Assembly: GCA_030141605.1 (NCBI GenBank)
Contig: JAQGDQ010000003.1
Coordinates: 2,294,001-2,358,000, forward strand
Direction of reading: 5' to 3'
Length of the DNA: 64,000 nucleotides
From: Tubiluchus corallicola
Taxonomy: Eukaryota; Animalia; Priapulida
Shown: in pieces, positions 14,501-28,574 of the stretch
Position numbering within the stretch: position 1 is the stretch's first letter
Layout of the letters: the number at the start of each line of letters is the position of its first letter
Position numbers and translations under genes: made by a program
The notes under the pieces: model-generated
Told to the model about the DNA's origin: nothing
The model's database searches: none
What the model saw: only the letters and a program-made list of their open reading frames with translations

Positions 14501-17481
14501 TTAGCCGAGGTTCTGGGATTCGAAGCAGCGGCAGCAAGAAAAAGCCTTCCATAATACTCTCTGGTAATGCACTGAATATGGCCAAGCAGCTATCAGAAGA
14601 AGGCACAGAATTTTGTGTTGAAGTCATGGAAGGAGGAACTACAAACCACATTGACAGGAGTAACAGTTTGCCAAATGGAAATTCTGTTAGGAATTACAAT
14701 TCCTTACCTAGGCATATTGCTCTTGGCACCACTACTCACAATAGTTTCAATACTGAAAGACATATAGATATAAAGACGATTGTTAATGCTGGCTGGAGGA
14801 AAACCAATAAAAAAGAAAAGGAGAAGCATGGTAATGAAGAAGATTTGAAGAAATGGAAAATAAAATCTGGTGCAAAATTGTTTGGCTCATTACCACGACA
14901 AAAGAGATCTAAGGACACACTAAGTCCTGCTAGCCCTGGAAAAAATGAACCAAAATTAAAAACTGCATATGATTCTTTCACTCTGCCACGGAGAAAGCCC
15001 AAGCAAGGTAACGCAACATTATCTAACATTTTCGGTAAACAAAAGCCATCAAAATTAACCGGATCCAGAAGCACTGAAAGTGTGATAAACGTGTCTGATG
15101 TCCGTGATGACTATTATTCTGATTATGAATGTGTCCCTTTGCAGCCGTCTCTTGATACAGCTCAGCTGCCCCGTCATTTCACTACCAAAAAGGAAGATTT
15201 ACCAGATGTTGGATTTGGAAACCGGTTTCAATCACCTGGCTCACAGCAAGAACAATTGCAAGGTATTTTCTCCAGCATGACCTCAGAAATGATGCAAACA
15301 GCAATTATGGATATCACTAGTACTAATGATAAAAACAATGTGGATGTGCTGAATAACAACACTAATAACAACAAATATGAAATGAATAATGCTGATAGTG
15401 TGTTGGACACGGCAGAAACTAGAATGGTTGCTAGTAATGCACATCACATATATGCGTTGCAGGCATCATCAGGAAGCACAAGTTCATCCTTGGTATTGCG
15501 ATCACAACAAACACAAGCAGCAAATGATGTTAAAGCCATGACATTGCCTTTATCCAGAAATAATGTTTCAGGGGGAATATATGCCAGAGCTGGCGACATG
15601 CAGAAACAAGTTACCAAAATGAGTAGTATCGATCCTATTGCTGACCTCCTGAGGAGCTCATTACCAAATAACTCAAACCAACTTGGTGAAACTAGGACAG
15701 CCGTTCCCATTGATAGTACACTTAAAAACACTATGTCGGGGACTTCAATGGGAAATGCTGCTTACTCTCAGGTGAACAGGTCCTTAATTGTTTCATCTGT
15801 GCATGACCATTACCAGAAATTGCCTGGTCAGACAACTGGAGGCCTCTTAGCACATGACAAACAAATGCGAGCACAACAAAAAGATTTGCTGATTCATGAA
15901 ACGACAACACCACCTTATCATACTTATGAAACTGTACCCTCAGTAGTGAGTAGCAGCAAGGTAGGTTCACAGAAGCATGTGGAGGTGCAACCGAAAGGAG
16001 TTTCAAGACCAAGCACTTTGCCATTTAGTGAAGCCAGACAGTCACATATAATTATAGATACTTATTCTACACCCGAATCTATACCACAAAAGTATTCTCA
16101 ACAAGCTATTATCGTTACACCTGGTTCACGTATGACGCCAACTCCCGTCACCAGTCCGGTAAGTCCTCACGCAAGTGGTGGTGGTGCTAGGATCAATATA
16201 ACTCACTTAAATGATACATACATTAAGTCAGCTGTAAAAAGTGGAAAGGTAGTTATAACACCAACTAGCAACAAGAACATAAACCGTGCTACTGTTTCAG
16301 TTTCAAGCAGTGCTGTTACTTCGCCTACTAGTAGCTTTGCACCGTCCAAAAAACGAAAAAAAGGATATGTTAATTTGGGTAGTACTACGCAGAGTCAAAC
16401 AACAACTGCTTCTGGGTCGGTAGTAATGGAGAGCGTTAGCCCATCAAGAACGAAAAATCAACAGTTACGTGCAGCATTCTTTACAAATATGGGTGCTACT
16501 GATGAGCCAAATAAATTAGCTCCTATCGATATCAAATTTAGCACTTGGAGCCCAAAAACTTCAAGACTATCTAGGGAACAGTGCAGTAGTTGCGGAAGTA
16601 ATAGCAGTAGTACTACTAGCATTAACAGCACAAATTCGAGTAAGGAATCTGTAGTGCTTTCCACTAACGTGCCAAGTCAGCTTGAACTGCCACCTACAAA
16701 TGCTATGCCATTGTTGGCTGTTAGTGCATCCAAAGCGAGCCAGCCTAAAGGTAAAAACACATCTGACAAGCAACCATCTGGCCAGTTAGGGAAACAGGGA
16801 CAACCTCCAATAGCAAGCAAAGTCGAGGAAATAAATGACAAGGTGGCCAATTCTCCAAAAACATACATGACACAGGATGAATTATTTGCCGCAATTCATA
16901 GGACAAAAAAGAAGCTAAATATTAAAAGTGACAAAGAAATACCTTCCTCTCCTCGTTCTTCATCCCCAGCTTTTAATGTGCCCTCAAAAGGGTCCCCAGA
17001 AACTGGTGTACTTAGCCCGCGCAGCAGCTATGTAGAACCAAAGAACCTACAAGACCGACCATCGAAAAATCGTCAAACAACAATGCACGATTTCAAGATG
17101 TTGTTATTGCAACAAAGTAAGCACACAGTTGGCATAGAAAATAAGAAACTTTCTGCAGTAGAGGCACTTAAGACACAGTCCAATACAGCTTCAAGTCCTA
17201 TCAAGGTAAACGGTACTGAAAGTATGGTTAAGCATGATCAAGTTACTTACGGAAAACATTCTAAAGTGCCTCATTTATCTAAGCATACTAATGTACAAGA
17301 ACAATTGACTTCTATCTCAGAAGATGCACAAGGTGAACAAGCCACGTCTCCACATGGCTACAAATACATTTCCACTCCTGCTCCTGTAAAGGGTAAAGAA
17401 GTTGATGAAGCAGCAGTCAACGACATACTAGACACAATAAAAAATACTCAAAAGGTTTTGAATGAAGTGACAGACGTATAA
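8586..17481 (+). CDS. NHS-family (Nance-Horan/NHSL, GUK-holder-like) actin/WAVE-complex regulator; 5'-partial, 8 exons resolved, over 1700 aa
   Basis: Phase-consistent GT-AG exons: 8586-8739, 8953-9070, 9756-10062, 10363-10634, 10864-11035, 11364-11489, 11922-12039, 13566-17481. Family motifs: LPTPEE...VVPLDVTGSSFIRMMQFRRSL, HSSSGNWSGSSSTR, PPPPPPKR, TQDELFAAIHRTKKKL, MHDFKMLLLQ, and C-terminal TDV*. The first (WAVE-homology) coding exon was not found in the window. Confidence 0.88.
12215..13460 (+). mobile_element. Degenerate 5'-truncated non-LTR retrotransposon (reverse transcriptase remnant) in an NHS-like intron
   Basis: Translations ASKAFDKVN (~12231), LAYANDISLIAPSVRALQ (a degenerate YADD motif, ~12392) and VTHLGHVLTCNLDDNNDL (ORF 12606). 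Frameshifts and stops are present, with an A-rich tail near 13440. Confidence 0.8.
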
Positions 17482-19118
17482 GCAAAGGAGCATAATTTGT
17501 TGCCAATAGTTTTGTATGGTAGTATTTCTTTTTTATTACTAGCAATGTCAATTTACATAGATATGGTTGTTGATTTGAGATACTTATTTACTTGCTTACA
17601 TTATGGGATCAACTAATTGTTTCGTTTGAGCTTTAACATAGAGAAATACATTTGCTCGTTTAGTTGATACTTGTTCACTTTTACTTATTATATTTTTGGG
17701 AACATATTTAATTCATTCTTATAAAGTAGATAAAAGTTACAGATCTAACATTCATCATGTTTGAGTGAGTATTTTTAATACGTTTGCATAGATAAATCTG
17801 TGACGGTATTTAAAGTAAAGACCAATTTTTGTGTACATTTGTGTCTTATAAAACAGTTATAGGTTGTGTGTAAATTTGTATGTGTAAATTATAATATTAT
17901 TAGAACTTCCTTATGTCATTTTTTAAGATTTAAGTTTTGCATCATATCAGCATTTATCATATCACATTTTGCTATCAGTCTATGTAAATTAATGTGCTTG
18001 TTAGCACAGTACTTAAGAAGATATAGTCTAATAAATTATATGCTGTATCATACAAAATTAGTTCCTTTTTTGCTTATTATTGACAGTTTACTTTAAAGTT
18101 TTTACATATACATTTCCATTTTACAAATCTAAATTAGTGTAAGTTTTCCATGCGGTAATATCAGACAGTTGTTTTGAAATGTGTTGAACATATGGCTGCC
18201 AAAAATTTTACTTATAAAACATAACAAAGCAGCATAGTTATAGTTGCACTTAGTACAGATAAATAATTGCTGCACAATTTACGCGAGTCAGTGTAAATTA
18301 TTTGAAAATTGTTTGCACCGTAATAGAACTAAAATTAATACAAAAAATTAATCAAAATTAGCTCATACTGATTCATTGATAATTTTAAACTGCACTCATT
18401 TAACAAAATGACTAGAAATATAATTATGTACTATTAATGTGTGGGAGTCATGATTTAGGGAAATATCGATAATACAATAATTGGTCCCTTAACAAAACTA
18501 CCAGTTTCACTGCTACTATGAAGTGCATGATAATCTTTCAAAATTTCAACCAAGCTTGTAATTAAACCAATATAACCTACTAAGATTATAATGAAACTAT
18601 TTAGTATCGCGAAATGGATTTATAATTAGCATAATAAACTTGTAACACTGCAACTAACTGCATATGATGCGTACTACAAAACTAATATGCTTCAAGAATG
18701 CAAAAAATTAGCTAAGAGTTGAATCTTAGCTAACCAATGTAATATTGTACTTGAGTTACTATAATACTGTTATTTAACAGTATTTAAATAAGGCGGCTCA
18801 CTCAAGGCAATAAGCTCTTATCATATTTGTACAGCAGACACAAATTTAAATAGTTAAGCTTAAAGGCAACACCTATATGTATAAAATTTCTTTGAGACAC
18901 TTCAGAACATTACAGTCAACAGGTGCTACCATGAAAGGGCATTAGTGAATTAACCAGTCATACAAATCACATGCATGCAACAGTAAACCATCTCACTGGA
19001 GAATAGAACCTTCAGTTGGTAACTATTTATGCAATAATACATTCACTGGATAACGGTGACATTTAAATTCAAACAGACTGCCTATACTAGGACACTGATG
19101 CAATTTGCTTAGCATGCT

Positions 19119-22100
19119 CTAATGCCAAATAGCAGCTTGCCAAATAGCGAAAACAATATTTAAAGACAATAATAATGTTCCGCACAACAGTATCACAGAA
19201 AACAGGAGGCTCTGTATGTCTTTGTTCTTGCTAAACGGTTGACAAGTTAGCTCCACTAATGCCAGCAAAATCCACTGACCATCGAGCGCGTAGCACGGAA
19301 TAACATTTAATATTGCCAATGCACCTGACAATGACACCAGGTATTTACAAAATGTCTCCAGCATGTATGGAAACGTCACAGGTACAAAGGGAAACCTCGG
19401 CACAAAGTTGCTAACACTGACACTGTACAAAAGTTCTATTGGATTTCCCACAAAAAGGACAGGTTCACGATCTTGCTGTACAATTCTCAGAAGCCTGGTA
19501 CTATTGTCTAACGAAGGAAGAATGCAGGCGACTTCTTCCTCACCGTAGGAGTAACAGTTCTCTGAATGTTTGCACATGGGCATGCTAGTAACAATCCGCG
19601 CCGTAAGACATGCATATTGTACTGCCTCCTTGCCTTGTTTTATGTATTGAAAGCACAAACGGCTTGCTAAGCTGCTATTGCTGCAACACTCTGCCTTTCC
19701 TTGTGGTGTCTCATACTCTGGAAAAAACATTTTGCTAGATGGCCTTGACCTCATTCTCTAAATTTCATAAACTTCAAATCATACAAAAGCAGCAAGAACA
19801 AGAATTAATAGAATATATCAATTATAAAATTCTGCACTAAAATTTGGTCACAGAAGCATAAAAGTTTGACAGTTATCAGATTAGATTTGACAGGCTGAGT
19901 AAGCAAGGAAAAAAGAAATTTGAAAACAAATGACTCACAAGCCTGTCTAAATACTACAGACCCCTATTATTCATATAATATTTCAGGTTGCAATCACTTG
20001 TAGGAACTTAGAAATATTCTTAAAAAATATCTAGCATGCTGGATGGCTTGTCTGAGGACAATAATACTTTTCCAGAGATACTGTACTCAAAATGTACCTC
20101 TCTGTAAAATAACTTTAGAGCCCTGTCACATTAGCATCTAGCTTAAAAGGAGTTTCAGCTTGATGGATATGTTGCAAGGCCTTCTGTGGTAGCATGAAAG
20201 AGTTGTATTATCCAAACCATACACTTTATTTCAGTTACAATAGCAACTATGTACCTGTGTATACTTACTAACAGTAGATGCATCTAATGTTAATATTTGC
20301 TCCATCGGCATGCAATAACCATGGTTAGCTTGCCGTACACTAGCTGCTATGCAGTTGTTCCATGATGTAATGTGAGTGATGGAACAACCATTGATATTAG
20401 AAATACGACTGCCAATTACAAGACCACCACGTCCTGACACAGGAGAATTCTAAAAGTATACAACAAATTTTTAATAAGGAAAGCAGCAAGAGCAGTGTTA
20501 CTTGGATTATTCTTATCAAAAAAAGCAAAATGAAATGCCCAGATAACTACTTACACTGTGTGGTGGCAAAAAAATGTCATCACACCCACACACACACACC
20601 CACATATAAATGTGCGCGTGTGTGTGTGTAGGTGTGTGTGCTTGCAAACCAAAATCGTCCATAAGTCAGCATAGTTAAAACTATGTCATGATGCTTCAAA
20701 GTAAAATGTGCCAAATATTGGGTCAATGTCAATTTTTTAATAAAAACTAAGCATATTGGATTTTTATATTCTAACATCAAATCATCAGGAAATAGTTAAA
20801 AAAATACTAAAAATTTAATTTTATAACCCCTCACCCACTTCCTCGTCTAAAAACTAGTACTGCAATTTGAGTATTTTCTAAATCCAATAGTAGCTCATGG
20901 TAGCAGTCATTTTACTTGAGGTTTTTTCTGTCGCCAAGCCCAGATCTTTGTCTGAAAGAGCCACCTACTAGATTTAAACAGAACTTCAATGTGCTCTCTG
21001 CAAGGTCCATAGCAACCACACTTTTGTACGGTTGCTAAGCGTTTTCGTAGAAACGCGATAAAAACAATGTCAAATTTAATAGCTATTTTCCCAAGATTAC
21101 GTTTTTCAGTGCGTAGTGTGCATTTCAACCTCAACGTGGATTACCTCAACGTGGCTTAGAAATAACACAGAGAGATCAAATTGGTATCAACATGATCCCC
21201 ATGAAACAGAAATTTAGTCAAATGTGCAGTATCTGTAACAGTAGTAATTACACTGCAGTTTTGTAGTTTAATTTTTATAACTGATAAAGTTTAATATTTA
21301 AAGCTGCTATTAAAATTTATGAAAAAATAATGCCCCTCCTTTGAAATTGCCATGTTTGCCATTTAATTCTATCATTTGTGTCAAAATACCATAATTGATT
21401 TAAAGCAATCTCACGGCAAAGTAATATAGGCAGGGAAGTACCAATCTGATAAATAATCGGAGATCGGCAAGTAAATTAGCATATCGGAACAAATCGGATA
21501 TCGGGCCGATATGTCCTAATATCAGTAATACCAACGCCGATATTTTGCCCGAAAATAAATTTTCGCTTTGAATACACCTGAAGTAAACTTTGATTGAGCC
21601 TTTTATTATCAGCACCTAACAAATGCGATCATAATATACATTAATGGTCATTAATCTGAGCAGTTTCTTCGAAAATTATATTTCATTTTCACCATGCCAT
21701 TTACACACAAGTGCCGCCACTTTTACGTGTCGACTGAGCCGCAAAATGTACGAGTTTCACTAAAGCGGGTGTTTCATAGACGTAAAATGCAAATATTTTT
21801 AACTTCAAGCTCTGCTCCTGTGAGGTCGTTACTAATCTATCACCGTGTTTCTTTAGCATCTGCAGCTTTTCATGAAACATCATCGCTAGTTATTTTTTTA
21901 TGTGCAAGTTTGTTTTATGTGCGATTAAAAACTCAATTGCTATCAGGTGTGAAATATACGTTAGTAAGTTACACGAAGCTGACTGACCCTAAAGAAGATA
22001 AACTAAATGTATTAATAATCAAACAGTAGCTACAAACATAAAACTAGTACACAAATAGTACTTTACAGAAGGACAAAAATGTCATACTTATAACCAATAA

Positions 22101-25100
22101 GAAGCCAATAAGTCATCTTATTTTCAAGCTAATGTGATAATTGTATTTTATTTTGACTTCCCAAAATCACAATATAAACAGCAGTTAGTGTTAAAGCAGT
22201 TATACTACTATAGCATATAGGTAAAAAAAATCAGTATCGGATCAGGACACAGGATTGCATATTGCCACATCGCCAAATGTAGGTAAGTCACATCGTTCAA
22301 CGAGGTTGACTAAACAATCCTCATACACGTGATGTGAAACTAATTTAAAAAATTTCAACAGCAGTGACTATAAAGTACTAGTACCTCTTGAATGGATGTG
22401 ACCACGACAGCATCACCGGCTATATAACCAGGAATTAAAATGATGGGAAAACTGTACAAACATAATACAGCAAGTAAGACGATCACAATGTTGTGCCACA
22501 CACCTACATGAAAATAAAGTAGATTTGAGATAACCACATTTTTCAAAATAATTTCATGCAAACTGCACCACAGCAGTTAACTTGTACTGCAACATAACAT
22601 GAAATCCATAAAGTCAAGTAATGCTAAATGTTCTAAATATCTTGTAACAAAAAAGTAAAAAAGTGAAAAAGACGACAGGCAAAAGTAAACCCTGGGACTC
22701 ACAGTTTTTACGGTTAAAAGTTGAAACACATTGTACCAGTGCCCTAGGCAAGATAATTATCATTACACAGATTATCATTACATAACATGATAATGAAATA
22801 TATGCAAGATTCAAGAGCTAATAGAGTAAGGAAAAAATTTGGCACACATAATATTTACCAGCACAGTATATGCGTAATCTGCGTACAGGTGAGATGACTT
22901 GCAAATGGTCTGAATAAAGATCTACAAATGCACCTGGATAAAGCAGAAATACAAAGAAACCAAATCCATTGATCCGGACATTCTCCCTACAGCAATAAAA
23001 AATAAATTTTAGGACACAGAAGAATTACACAAAAACAACATTTTTACTTTGTCATACAAAAAATGTATTCCTAGGCTATTCAGGACCGTCTTAATACACG
23101 GGTACGCTGAACCATGGGGTATGATAGTTGTTCAGGAGCCCCACCAGCATTGGGACTCCATGCTAATATATGTATGTTGTGACATTCTGTCCATAAATGA
23201 TACTATACTATACTAAGTTATTAGAAATATTTGTTACTGTGTTATAAGTGGACATTAGCATTTGCCTCTGATTTTGTGTTGCTGTCACCTCTGCAACCTT
23301 GGCACATTGCAAATTTGCACACCTCATGCATGTGTGTGTATGGATCTCACATAGTTACGTAAAGCAATCAGCTGCAAAGGAATTTCGCAAATGTTTGTGC
23401 TCAACACTTCATTAATAATAAACAGTTATGGTAATTTCATATTGTGCCATCTCCATCTGTATGGTATTCCAATTGAGTATCATTTATATGCCAAAATTTT
23501 TGTTTTTCAAGGCTTATATTGTTCAAATGTTTGTATTGATTAATTTTTGCTGTACAGCACATTTTTTAATGTTTAAATACTAATTTTCTTGGAAGTACCA
23601 ATACAATAAATATATGTTTAATTTTATCGACCATTTACATTTATTTCCTGTGAGTGGTTGAGTAGGAAGGGGACCCAGTACACTGCTTTGCACAAGGGCA
23701 TATAATGACGTTAAGACGGCCCTGAGGCAATTAATGCGAAGTTGGTCAAAATAGTAGAAGAGGCCTCCATATCATTTTGCTTACAATTATACAAAAGTTT
23801 TAATATCCGAGAGTATAGAATGGCAAAATTTATTTTGGTCATTGTCCTAATTATAAAGTACAGTAATGCTCATAGCTTGTAAGCATGTATGGCTTGCACT
23901 ACAACTGATAAATGTGAGTGTTCGTATCAAAATTGTAAACATTAAATTTAAATCTGGTAAAATTTGTCATTTCACAATCTAGGCTGAGATTTTAGACTAA
24001 CTGACAGGAGTCAGACATTAAAGATTGCATCTGTAATGAAGTAGGCAATTTTAGTTTTTCACAAAGATTGGTCCCAAATCAACATTATGCTGGTGATTAT
24101 CAAGACCAGTAAAGTTAAACAGTAAATACAAAGCTGTGGTTAATATTCAATAAACTTACTTAACATTTTCATACTTACCTGACAGCAGCAAGTGCGTGAC
24201 CTAGTTCATGCACGATGCCACATAACAGCAGAGTCAACAAATAATACAGAATTTGATTCATAGGAAGATTTACACCAGGCACCTGTAATAAAAAGTATTG
24301 AAAAACAGGTTTTATGAATAGAGAACCATATGTTTTAATAAAATAGTAATAACAACAATAAGGTCACAGTTCCAAACAGTCTAATCTGTACAGTTTTGCC
24401 AGCAACTCCGAGAATTTTTAAATATTTCTGTTTAAAAATCTTGAAAGTTACTGGAAGTTGATGGCAAAACATTCCAATACAGTCTTTCTATATGCTCATA
24501 TGTTTAATTCTGTAACAATTATTTTGGGGATAAATAAAAATTTAGTGTGAAATTTTTTACAAGTGCAGTCAATAAGAAATAGTCTAATGACAACTACTAC
24601 AGTCAGGCTATCACTTATAAAACATTTAGAAACTTTGCAAATAAATTTTTGCTAAGATAAAATCTAGCTGATCAATGCAAATGCAATACATGTATGCTGA
24701 CCAAGCTTGTCCTATAAAATCTAAATAGAAATAAATAATAAATACATTGTTAATTATTAAGTATTAGTATTATAAAAAAGCATACTGTACCAACATTACT
24801 ATTTATTCAAATTATATTTTGAACAAATCATCCATTTAAAAGTAAAACCAATAATTATTCTGCTATACCAAACATGACAGATGATGCAGTTAAAGGTTGT
24901 TAAAGCCAATAATCTGAACTATAAAGTACATTACCACAGGTGAAAGTACAGGTGTGTCAACCTTTCCTCCAGGTATAGCTGGCTTTCGCTGCGTAAAGAT
25001 GGCTTTTTGTAGCATCACAGACAGAAGAATAATTGAGGCTACCATAGTGAACAGTGTGCAGGCTATTCCTAAAAGCAAAAAGCGATATTTACTCTCTTTT

Positions 25101-25796
25101 TTCTTTAAAAATACAAACAGGACAATTGCCACCAGAGTAAAAAGCAAATCTGGCAAGAGACAGAAATTTATGGAGAAAAAGCACAAGTAGGATGACAGTG
25201 AAAAAAGCTCTCATTTGCTGACAAAAAACTGCTGTAGTAACATCATGGTATAACACCCATGTTGTACAACCACTGACAATATGTTAGCATATCTAATTAG
25301 GAATTATTCAATTACATATAATGACAACACCACACTTACATATACCAGGTTCAAAATTTCTGACAGAAATACCTATACTACACGACTAGTCGCATAATGA
25401 ATAGGTTCTTTACCTATGTTGAACCAAGTTCGTAAATGGTCCGATGCTGCCTGTCCTGCACGCTGGAATAGACTATTGAACATTTGCGTATACCATCGAA
25501 CTTGTGCAACGGTCGTAACAACTCCAGTTCGCTCCAGTACACGCAAGTATGTTTCAGGCCAGTATGCCTAAAAATATTGGAATGTAACGATGAAACTGCT
25601 AATGTGATGTAAGTAATTAACAACTGTAGGCCGATTTTTTTTTACCATGTTTTATCATATCAGTAAGCAAGAGATTAGAGACAATGTGAAGAGTTAAATG
25701 AGAACAAATTTAGCAACTCAAAGGCTTGTCAATAAATGGATGGGTGACAGGCAAGAAACTGTTCCTGAGAAATTTCATCTTCCGTATTGCTCCCTG

Positions 25797-25858
<62 letters not shown>

Positions 25859-26113
25859 GTGTGTAATGGTACCTACATTACTGGCAGTTCCTAGCCATTA
25901 AGTACTAAATCCCAGCTTAAAAAAATACCAAATTGCAAAAACTAAAACACTTACATAAAATTTATTACAAATTATGATATGAAGAAGCTAAGAATATTTA
26001 CTACATGCAATTTGATGCAAACATCTAGCTAAGTTTACCTTGAACAGTACATCTATGAGGTAAACTAAGGCCCAGAAGCCCATTATCACAGATACAGCTG
26101 TTGACAGCAACAT
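19119..26113 (-). CDS. MBTPS2: Membrane-bound transcription factor site-2 protease (S2P, peptidase M50), 497 aa, 8 coding exons
   Basis: Exons (minus strand): 26113-26039, 25567-25414, 25068-24935, 24282-24179, 22986-22859, 22503-22385, 20449-20269, 19717-19119, total 1494 nt in frame. Motifs: VPGVNLP, zinc-binding HELGH, YPGAFV, CAGVWHN, a Cys-rich/PDZ-like insert and [11 protein letters not shown]. The first coding exon is 25 aa and ends DVLFK, as in vertebrate MBTPS2. Confidence 0.96.
20636..20695 (+). repeat. Short dispersed repeat, second copy at ~41061-41117
   Basis: GTGTGCTTGCAAA(C/G)CAAAA...CATAAGTCAGCA(T/C)AG(T/C)TAAAACTA occurs in an MBTPS2 intron and in MGLL intron 1. Confidence 0.6.
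23081..23724. mobile_element. hAT-superfamily MITE, 644 bp
   Basis: Terminal inverted repeats CAGGACCGTCTTAA and TTAAGACGGCCCTG. An 8-bp target-site duplication AGGCTATT / AGGCAATT has one mismatch. Confidence 0.85.
25797..25864. repeat. (TG)n microsatellite
   Basis: About 33 TG units with one interruption, in an MBTPS2 intron. Confidence 0.97.
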
Positions 26114-28574
26114 TGTGGTGCACCTCCCTTTTGCTTCACAAGTTCCCAATTGTCATGGCACCAGAGGATGACTTGCAAAAAACTTTTTATAACTGAAAAC
26201 AGACAAAATAACTTAAAACCATAATTGGAAAACTTATAGGTTGATATTTACATGTACCATTCATGTTTATGTTGTTGATTACTATTGATGGATATATTTT
26301 TTCAACCATGTAAGGAAGCCACAAAAATACATAACTCAATATTTCAATACATCATTACTAATACCAAGCTGAAAAGACTGTGTAAATAACAAATAGGTAT
26401 GTTATTCTGCATAAGGACAGAATAGAATAACTACATAAAATTAAAAAATCAACTACGAAAAGTTTCTTTTATCAACATCATCACACTTGCCTCTTTAGCA
26501 ATTAGCAGTAAATGAAATATATTGTCAAAATAAAGTCTGAAAAGAAATCATAATAATTTGGCAGCAATTAATTATTTGCAATGTTAGGAGTAATCTAACA
26601 TCTTTACATTAGTATAAGAATAATGGGTCCCAAATCAACAGGTCAGTGACATATGCCCCTTCATTAGAAGCATTTCCCTGTACTGTTGGTAAAAGTATGA
26701 TTTTTTGCTTGTATATCCAAAAAATTTAAGTTTTTTTCCAATTCATCTGATACAAGGAAACAATTTTTTGATTTTAATTGACTTTTTTATTATTTGGCAA
26801 TTATTATGCAATGAAATAAAGGGAATACAAAAAAGACAATTTTACATACAGAAAATTTAGGAAAATAATGATAAACACTAAACTAAGAAAAGGTTTTCAT
26901 GTATATAGCAAAAGTTTGCAACTGCATACAGATTTTCTGTATTTAGCAAAAGTTTACACACCAAGACATTAAAATGTATGTGTATTTGGTGCCTGCCACA
27001 CACCCACTTTCACATTTTTTGTATTAATTGATGTGGCAACACTGTTATCTAAAACATGTTAAAAGCAAACACACAACTGCCAATGCATAAGCCTGCCGGA
27101 TAACAGGTAAGTTCATAACTGCAGGTGTTGGAACACACATTGATAAAGATTTATTGCAGAATTGGCTACAAGGTATATCTGAATGCAAAGCAAATCTCAG
27201 AGAAAGGTAAGAAAGAATAACGTAAACTCTAGGCATGAAAACAAAATGTATAAAAATAATGTCGCTAATGTATGCAATTTGATTTTTTACTGCTGAAAGA
27301 AGTAACCAAAATGCAAAATTATGAAAAATATATTTTTGCATTTCAATTGTACATTAGTTATATATATATATACGCAGTTTCAACAGTGTCAGTGCAGATT
27401 AAATGTAAACATAATCTTACTTAAGTTTCAGGTTACAAAGCGGTTACAAAGCTGTTTGCCAATCGCAAACCTAAAAATTAAGTGGCCATATTTTTCAAAA
27501 CTGCCTAAACTATACAATGATATTTAACAATTTTCGGTAAATGGTAACACAGCATCTAGTTTTTAACTTAAGAATGTGTGGTCTAGTAGCACATACTTAC
27601 ACATTACACTTAAATAATTGTACAAATCTTTGCAACTTTTGTATCTGACTGCAAACATAATGAAATAGAGAAAATGCTAAAGGCATGAAAACTGTAATTT
27701 TTCAATATAAATTATTAAATACCTTATCCACAGCAGAAGAAGCCGAAGTGACACGACATCTTGTGCTTCAGCCAACGAATTGCTAACAAACTTGAAACAT
27801 GAATCTGTAACTGTAATACATACTAACTACCAATTTGTCACAGCTGATAGATATATAAGTAACAACAAAATTTCTCAACTACCTTTAATAAATATCGTGA
27901 CATAATATGGCAAATGCAAGTTATCAGTTTAACTGTTGATGCAATGAAAAGGGATGTCTGCTGACTTTTGTAGAATAATGCATTTTCTTACCACCCTGCT
28001 GAATTTACATTAAATTTTGCAAATCTTGAGCTGTTTATCACTGTGTTTACCAGTAAAACTGCAGAAGAAGCAAAATGGGAAGTGAAATTTCAGTAATTAT
28101 CCTAAAGGCCTTTTCATTGCCATTAACAATTAGGTAATATATAAAAGTTTATAGGAACTGTTTTTGTAAATCTTCATTCAATAAACTTTGGAAATATAGA
28201 ATAGCTGTGCTGAACCAACAGTTAAGTCAAGAATTTGATATGATATCATAGGGTACTTTTGTATGAAAGAAAAAAGTATTCAACCAGAAGAAATGTTTAT
28301 TCAGTCTTTGCACACTGTTTCGACTATCATGCAATATAGCCCAATAAGTGTTATTTAGTTTGTGATATTATCAAAATTCCATTTTAAAATTTGACGTCTG
28401 AGCCATCACCTTGGAATTCTAAGTCTAGAACAATAACAATTTAATAAATATAATACAAGAAGCAAATAGACTTTCCATTACGAAAACCGATCAAAAATAT
28501 GAATAAAGTATTATGACACCTAATCGAAATCAACTGTAGCATTTACAACTAATCTCATCACTTCAACTCGGTGC

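Noticed and set aside
13863-16868. Several antisense and alternative-frame ORFs of 60-112 aa
   Set aside because: They are shadows of the Ser/Thr-rich coding exon and show no recognisable motifs.
13582-17481. The 1299-aa ORF as a stand-alone intronless gene
   Set aside because: A good acceptor at 13565 links it in phase to upstream NHS-motif exons, so it is a terminal exon.
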